Below, one piece after another: positions 59,094-64,000 of a stretch of 64,000 nucleotides of DNA. Origin of the DNA: an uncultured Elusimicrobia bacterium (GTDB lineage: Bacteria > Elusimicrobiota > Elusimicrobia > 2-01-FULL-59-12); NCBI GenBank assembly GCA_963702895.1, contig OY969767.1, forward strand, positions 544,001-608,000, read 5' to 3'. The notes beneath the pieces are model-generated. The model worked only from the letters and a program-made list of their open reading frames with translations, had not been told where the DNA came from and made no database searches. The translations under genes were made by a program, and so were the position numbers. Position 1 is the stretch's first letter; every line of letters begins with the position of its first letter.

Positions 59094-59507
59094 ATGCTGA
59101 TGCCGAAGCGCGTGAAATACCGTAAGTCCCACCGGGGTCGCCTCAAAGGGCGCGCCAAAGGGGCCACGACGGTGGACTTCGGCCAATACGGGCTTCAGGC
59201 GCTGGAGTCCCACTGGATCACCAGCCGGCAGATTGAGGCGTCACGCGTCTCGCTTTCACGCGCTATTAAAAAAGGTGGAAAGCTCTGGATCCGGATTTTC
59301 CCGGATAAACCCATTTCCAAGAAGCCCGCGGAAACCCGTATGGGCAAGGGGAAGGGCGCACCGGAATTCTGGGTGGCGGTGGTGAAGCCCGGCCGGATTA
59401 TGTTTGAGCTCGAAGGCCTGCCGCCGGCGGAAGCGATGGAAGCGATGCGCATTGCCTCCCATAAGCTTCCGATCCGGACCAAATTTGTTGTGCGCGAGGG
59501 ATACTAA
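59094..59507 (+). CDS. rplP: 50S ribosomal protein L16
   Basis: RMGKGKG. Confidence 0.97.
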   Translation: MLMPKRVKYRKSHRGRLKGRAKGATTVDFGQYGLQALESHWITSRQIEASRVSLSRAIKKGGKLWIRIFPDKPISKKPAETRMGKGKGAPEFWVAVVKPGRIMFELEGLPPAEAMEAMRIASHKLPIRTKFVVREGY

Positions 59508-59566
59508 CCCTTCGACTTCGCTCAGGGTTGTCCGGAGCGACTGATCGCAGGGAAGGAGCCGAAGGA
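59508..59566. repeat. CCCTTCGACTTCGCTCAGGG repeat with partial inverted arm
   Basis: cccttcgacttcgctcagggttg...gagccgaagga. Confidence 0.65.
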
Positions 59567-59568
59567 TC

Positions 59569-59775
59569 ATGTCGAAAAAGAAGAAAAAAGACAGGCTTCA
59601 GGATTTGTCGACTCAGGAGCTTGAAGCCAGGCTTCGCGAGTCTCGGGAGCATAGCTTTAAGATGAAATTTCAGCACGCGACCAATCCCTTAAAGAATCCG
59701 ATGGAGATTCGCCAGGCGCGTCGAGAAATCGCCAGGCTCCTGACGCTCTTGCACAAGAAAGAGAAGGTTGCTTAA
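59569..59775 (+). CDS. rpmC: 50S ribosomal protein L29
   Basis: LKNP..IR..RREIAR..T. Confidence 0.94.
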   Translation: MSKKKKKDRLQDLSTQELEARLRESREHSFKMKFQHATNPLKNPMEIRQARREIARLLTLLHKKEKVA

Positions 59776-60062
59776 TGCAAGCTACAAAAACAGCCGAAGT
59801 GCCGACTGGACTGCGTTCCGCGAGGAAGGTTCGCGAGGGGGTTGTGCTGACGGACAAGATGGACAAGACCCGGGTGGTGCTGGTCTCCTGGAACACGACG
59901 CACGCGCGCTATCATAAAGTCCTTCGCCGGAAAAGCCGGTTCTATGCGCACGACGAGAAGAACGCAAGCCATGTGGGAGACCGTGTGGAAATCGTTGAGA
60001 CAAGGCCCCTCTCCAAGCTCAAGCGTTGGCGCATCTCTCAGATTTTGGAGAAGAGTGCATGA
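59775..60062 (+). CDS. rpsQ: 30S ribosomal protein S17
   Basis: KMDKT, AHDE, ETRPLSK.KRW. Confidence 0.96.
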   Translation: MQATKTAEVPTGLRSARKVREGVVLTDKMDKTRVVLVSWNTTHARYHKVLRRKSRFYAHDEKNASHVGDRVEIVETRPLSKLKRWRISQILEKSA

Positions 60063-60427
60063 TTCAAGAGAGGTCCATCTTGAATGTGGCCGATAATTCG
60101 GGCGCGCGCAAGTTGCGGTGTTTCCGCATCCTGGGAGGCACACGGCGTCGCTACGCGGGCCTGGGGGATATCGTGGTTTGCTCCGTGCAAGACGCGCTTC
60201 CTACGGCAACCATTAAGAAAGGCGACGTGGTGAAAGCGGTGGTCGTGCGCACCGTCCGAGAACATCGTCGTTATGACGGCAGTTATGTCAAGTTTGACGA
60301 CAACGCGGTTTGCCTGATTGATGCCGAAGGGGAGCCCAAAGGAACACGCATTTTCGGGCCTATTGCCCGCGAGCTTCGCGAACGGAACTACTTGAAAATT
60401 ATTTCTCTGGCGCCAGAGGTTGTGTGA
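60059..60427 (+). CDS. rplN: 50S ribosomal protein L14
   Basis: VADNSGA, GTRIFGP, SLAPEV. Confidence 0.97.
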   Translation: MIQERSILNVADNSGARKLRCFRILGGTRRRYAGLGDIVVCSVQDALPTATIKKGDVVKAVVVRTVREHRRYDGSYVKFDDNAVCLIDAEGEPKGTRIFGPIARELRERNYLKIISLAPEVV

Positions 60428-60741
60428 TGCTCACCATTCATAAAAAAGACAAGGTTCTCGTTTTATCCGGACGCAGCCGCGGCAAACAGGGCGAAGTGAT
60501 CAAGGTGCTTCGGGAGGACGGGCGCATTCTTATTTCCAAGATCAATTTTGTGAAGCGCCACGCGCGACCCACGCAGACGACGCCGGGCGGCATCCGCGAA
60601 AAAGAGGCCTCCGTCCACATGTCCAATGTGATGCTGGTCTGCCCGAAATGCAATCGTCCCATGCGCCCGAAAACGGATCTCCTTTCGGACGGGACCAAGG
60701 TGCGGGTCTGCCGCAAATGCGGGGAGATGCTCGTTTCATGA
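60427..60741 (+). CDS. rplX: 50S ribosomal protein L24
   Basis: KOW motif, GGI..KEA..H.SNV. Confidence 0.95.
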   Translation: MLTIHKKDKVLVLSGRSRGKQGEVIKVLREDGRILISKINFVKRHARPTQTTPGGIREKEASVHMSNVMLVCPKCNRPMRPKTDLLSDGTKVRVCRKCGEMLVS

Positions 60742-61352
60742 CCAAGAAAACGCACGTTCCCAGACTCAAAGAGCACTACCGCAGCGTGGTCATTCCTGGG
60801 ATGATGGAGCGCTTTAAGCTCAAGAATACCTACCAGGTGCCCTGCCTGGTGAAGCTGGTGGTCAATATGGGCGTGAACGACGCCAAGGAAGACATCAAGG
60901 TGCTGGACATCGCCAGCGCCGAGCTTTCCGCAATCGTCGGGCAAAAACCGCAGGTCCGCCGCGCCAAGAAGTCGATTTCCAATTTTAAGCTCCGCATGGG
61001 CATGCCCATCGGGCTCCGGGTGACCCTTCGCGGGATGAGGATGTATGAGTTTCTTGACCGTCTGATCAACGCGGCGGTCCCGAGAATACGCGACTTTCGA
61101 GGACTGGACCCTCGCGCCTTTGACGGCCGCGGCAATTACAATCTCGGGCTCAACGAGCAGCATATCTTTCCCGAAGTCAATCTGGATAAATCGCCGAAGG
61201 TGCGCGGGATGAACGTCACCTTTGTGACCAACGCTGGCTCGGATGACCAGGCGCGCGAGATGCTGGCTCTCTTTGGATTTCCATTTAAGTCGAATGAACG
61301 CGCGCCGTCGAAGAAGGCGCCAGCCCAGGCGGCCAACGCCGCCGCCTCATAA
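60738..61352 (+). CDS. rplE: 50S ribosomal protein L5
   Basis: PRIRDFRG, FDGRGNY. Confidence 0.97.
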   Translation: MTKKTHVPRLKEHYRSVVIPGMMERFKLKNTYQVPCLVKLVVNMGVNDAKEDIKVLDIASAELSAIVGQKPQVRRAKKSISNFKLRMGMPIGLRVTLRGMRMYEFLDRLINAAVPRIRDFRGLDPRAFDGRGNYNLGLNEQHIFPEVNLDKSPKVRGMNVTFVTNAGSDDQAREMLALFGFPFKSNERAPSKKAPAQAANAAAS

Positions 61353-61361
61353 GGAGAACTT

Positions 61362-61547
61362 GTGGCTCGAATTGCAACCGTCGCAAAAATGCGCAAACGC
61401 CTCAAATTCGCGACCCGGTTTCGGAATCGCTGCCGAAATTGCGGCCGTGGCCGGGCCTTTTATCGGGACTTCGGACTCTGCCGGCTTTGTTTCCGGCAAA
61501 TGGCTCATCGGGGCGAAATCCCCGGAGTCGTGAAAGCCAGTTGGTGA
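61362..61547 (+). CDS. rpsN: 30S ribosomal protein S14, Zn-binding (type Z)
   Basis: RCRNCGR...LCRLCFR, PGV.KASW. Confidence 0.95.
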   Translation: MARIATVAKMRKRLKFATRFRNRCRNCGRGRAFYRDFGLCRLCFRQMAHRGEIPGVVKASW

Positions 61548-61551
61548 ACCT

Positions 61552-61947
61552 ATGACTGATCCAATTTCTGATCTCTTATCGTCTCTACGAAATGCTTCTG
61601 GACGGCTCTTTGAGAAGGTGGATGTGCCCTCCTCGCGTCTCAAGGTGGCGGTGATCCGCATTTTGAAAGCGGAAGGCCTGATTGCCAACTACAAGGTGAT
61701 GGAGGACGCAAAAAAGCACTCGTTCGTCAGAATCTATCTCAAGTATGGAGCGGGGAAGCAGCAGGTCCTCCAAGGCGCCCAACGTGTGTCTCGGCCGGGT
61801 CTTCGCGTTTATCGTCCCTACGCGGCGTTCGCGCGTCGCGGCGAGGCCGGGGCCATCAAGATTATTTCGACCTCCAAAGGGCTTTTGACAGACCGCCAGG
61901 CTTTCCAGGCCAAAGTCGGCGGAGAAGTGCTCTGTGAGGTGAAATAG
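61552..61947 (+). CDS. rpsH: 30S ribosomal protein S8
   Basis: TDPISD, SRPGLRVY, STSKG, GGE. Confidence 0.96.
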   Translation: MTDPISDLLSSLRNASGRLFEKVDVPSSRLKVAVIRILKAEGLIANYKVMEDAKKHSFVRIYLKYGAGKQQVLQGAQRVSRPGLRVYRPYAAFARRGEAGAIKIISTSKGLLTDRQAFQAKVGGEVLCEVK

Positions 61948-61953
61948 AGATTT

Positions 61954-62535
61954 ATGAGCCGCATTGGAAGAATGCCTGTGGTCATACCCGATAAGGTCAA
62001 AATTGAGCCCCATGGGAATTCGGTGGAGGTGTCCGGCCCCCTCGGAAAACTCACGCAAACTTTGCCCCCCGGCATCGTGATTAAAGTGGAGAAGAATCAA
62101 GCGGTGCTCGAGAAGACCGAGACAGCCGGAGAGAAAGGTGCGTCGCTTCACGGCCTGGCGCGCTCGCTTGTTCAAAATGCCGTTTTGGGTGTCACGCAAG
62201 GGTTCAAGAAAGAGCTGGAGATCGTCGGTCTCGGTTATCGTGCTCAAGTGGCTGGCGATAAGCTGACGATGACCCTCGGTTTTGCTCACCCGATCGAGTT
62301 CAAGCTTCCACCGGGCATCAAGGTCGCGATTGATCCCAAAATGACCTTCCTGACGATTATGGGGAGTGATGCCTATGTGGTGGGCGAAACCGCCGCGCGC
62401 ATACGCAAGCTCAGAAAGCCGGAGCCTTATAAGGGCAGTGGAATTAAGTATGTGGGCGAGCACATTATCCGCAAGGCGGGCAAAGCGGCCGCGGGCGCGG
62501 CCGGTGGAACAGCGGCGGGAGGAGCGAAGAAATAG
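61954..62535 (+). CDS. rplF: 50S ribosomal protein L6
   Basis: MSRIG, PEPYKG.GI. Confidence 0.97.
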   Translation: MSRIGRMPVVIPDKVKIEPHGNSVEVSGPLGKLTQTLPPGIVIKVEKNQAVLEKTETAGEKGASLHGLARSLVQNAVLGVTQGFKKELEIVGLGYRAQVAGDKLTMTLGFAHPIEFKLPPGIKVAIDPKMTFLTIMGSDAYVVGETAARIRKLRKPEPYKGSGIKYVGEHIIRKAGKAAAGAAGGTAAGGAKK

Positions 62536-62537
62536 TT

Positions 62538-62903
62538 ATGCAAGGCGCAACATTGGAACGTTACGAATATCGTTTGTCTCGTACGCGCCGCAACATCAAG
62601 GCGTCCCAAACGGGGCGAGCACGATTGTCCGTATGCCGGACACTCAAACATATTTACGCCCAGCTCATCGACGACGCCAAGGGGCAGACCCTGGTGGCGG
62701 CCTCTTCCCTCTCGCCGGAGTTGTCCGGAAAGCTCAAGAGCGGGGGAAATATCTTGGCGGCCGAGGCCGTCGGTAAACTGGTCGCAGAAAAGGCCCTCGC
62801 CAAAGGTGTGAAGCAGGTGGTCTTCGATCGTGGCGGACATGTCTACCACGGCCGTATCAAGGCGCTCGCAGAGGCCGCTCGCAAGGCCGGCTTGGATTTT
62901 TAG
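62538..62903 (+). CDS. rplR: 50S ribosomal protein L18
   Basis: [18 protein letters not shown]. Confidence 0.96.
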   Translation: MQGATLERYEYRLSRTRRNIKASQTGRARLSVCRTLKHIYAQLIDDAKGQTLVAASSLSPELSGKLKSGGNILAAEAVGKLVAEKALAKGVKQVVFDRGGHVYHGRIKALAEAARKAGLDF

Positions 62904-62940
62904 CCCGCCACTCGAGGATTGGCGGATCAAAGGAGAATGT

Positions 62941-63447
62941 GTGGCAAGAATTAACCCCGATGGTTTAGAGCTCGCAGAAACAGTGGTCGCGATTAACCGA
63001 GTGGCCAAAGTCGTTAAAGGTGGAAAGCGTTTCTCCTTTAGCGTACTGGTGGTTGTCGGAGATAAGAAAGGCCGAGTCGGCTCCTCCATCGGCAAAGCAA
63101 AAGAAATCCAGGCGGCCATTCAAAAGGCCGTCGCTCGCGCGAAGAAAGAGCTGGTGGCGGTCCCGCTGCATGGTGTGACCATTCCCCATAGCGTCACCGG
63201 GACCTTCGGAGCCGGTCAGGTTCTGCTCAAGCCAGCAGCCCCCGGGACAGGCGTTATCGCGGGGGGGAGCGTCCGCGCGGTGCTTGACGCGGTTGGTATT
63301 AAGGACATTTTGTCGAAGTCACTCGGCTCCTCGAATCCTTACAACGTGGTTTATGCGACGCTCGAGGCGCTCAAAGGCCTTCGGACCAAAGAGGACGTGG
63401 CGGCTTTGCGCAGCAGCAAAGAAACGGTGGGCGCTCATGCGGCTTGA
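62941..63447 (+). CDS. rpsE: 30S ribosomal protein S5
   Basis: [20 protein letters not shown] aaggag. Confidence 0.97.
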   Translation: MARINPDGLELAETVVAINRVAKVVKGGKRFSFSVLVVVGDKKGRVGSSIGKAKEIQAAIQKAVARAKKELVAVPLHGVTIPHSVTGTFGAGQVLLKPAAPGTGVIAGGSVRAVLDAVGIKDILSKSLGSSNPYNVVYATLEALKGLRTKEDVAALRSSKETVGAHAA

Positions 63448-63889
63448 TCAGCTTCACCATGCTCCCGGCGCCAAGCATCGGCGCAAGATCGTCGGTCGTG
63501 GCATTGGCTCAGGCCATGGCGCACAATCGACGCGCGGCATGAAAGGCCAACGCTCGCGCGCCGGATTTTCCGGTATGACGGGTTTCGAAGGCGGCCAGAT
63601 GCCGCTCATCCGCCGGGTGCCCAAAAGAGGTTTCCGGCATACACGATTTGATGATCGTATGGGTGTCGTCAATGTGGGAGACTTGGAGAAGTCTTTCCGG
63701 GCGTCTTCGGACGTCAACCCTGCCTCGCTCGTCGAGGCGGGACTCGTGAAAGGCTGTGACCGGGTGAAGGTCTTGGGCGACGGGGTGTTGGCCAAGGCTT
63801 TGACGGTTCAAGCGCACGCCTTCTCTTCGTCCGCCAAAGCGAAAATCGAAAAGGCTGGCGGCAAAGCGGAAGTCCTTAAGGCCTCATGA
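63437..63889 (+). CDS. rplO: 50S ribosomal protein L15
   Basis: [23 protein letters not shown]. Confidence 0.97.
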   Translation: MRLDQLHHAPGAKHRRKIVGRGIGSGHGAQSTRGMKGQRSRAGFSGMTGFEGGQMPLIRRVPKRGFRHTRFDDRMGVVNVGDLEKSFRASSDVNPASLVEAGLVKGCDRVKVLGDGVLAKALTVQAHAFSSSAKAKIEKAGGKAEVLKAS

Positions 63890-64000
63890 CGAGCGAGCTC
63901 AACAACCCGATCAAAGACATCTTTAAGGTCCCGGAGCTTAAGCGCCGCATTTTCTTCACGCTGGCCATCCTCGCGGCGTACCGGGTGGGCGCTACCATAC
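63886..64000 (+). CDS. secY: Preprotein translocase SecY, 3' truncated by window edge
   Basis: IFKVPELKRRIFFTL..LA.YRVG; canonical position after rplO. Confidence 0.9.
   Translation, partial: MTSELNNPIKDIFKVPELKRRIFFTLAILAAYRVGATI

Overview
GC-rich bacterial chromosomal segment, tentatively Elusimicrobiota or a related lineage. That placement is inferred from 16S signatures, the EF-Tu '[12 protein letters not shown]' motif, a histone-fold gene and the lack of rpmD in the spc operon, and needs a 16S search to confirm. Gene order: mnmA, cysteine desulfurase, sugar-phosphate nucleotidyltransferase, tyrS, M23 peptidase, DUF971, TPR protein, secreted protein, GAF/PAS protein; TPM, GIY-YIG, NTase, lemA, tag, bacterial histone, membrane PAS sensor; a large modular GH5 glycoside hydrolase divergent from three pilin-like genes; a complete F1Fo ATP synthase operon; a beta-CASP hydrolase; a GT-C-like membrane protein; a full rrn operon (16S, tRNA-Ile, GIY-YIG pseudogene, tRNA-Ala, 23S, 5S); a beta-barrel gene; rplJL-rpoBC, str, S10 and spc operons to the start of secY. 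Most striking observations: (1) a cassette array between atpA and atpG in which each cargo module (P-loop toxin-like pair, MNT-HEPN pair, lipoprotein) is preceded by a decayed copy of the atpG 5' end, and these copies form mini-ORFs that keep start and stop codons overlapping; (2) at least five families of short palindromic repeats, which fill most atp intergenic gaps and sit in-frame inside mnmA (twice), the cysteine desulfurase and atpG, with one family flanking a GIY-YIG nuclease gene; (3) a GIY-YIG relic and a split tRNA-Ala duplicate in the rRNA spacer; (4) a bacterial histone; (5) a PilZ gene inside the atp operon.
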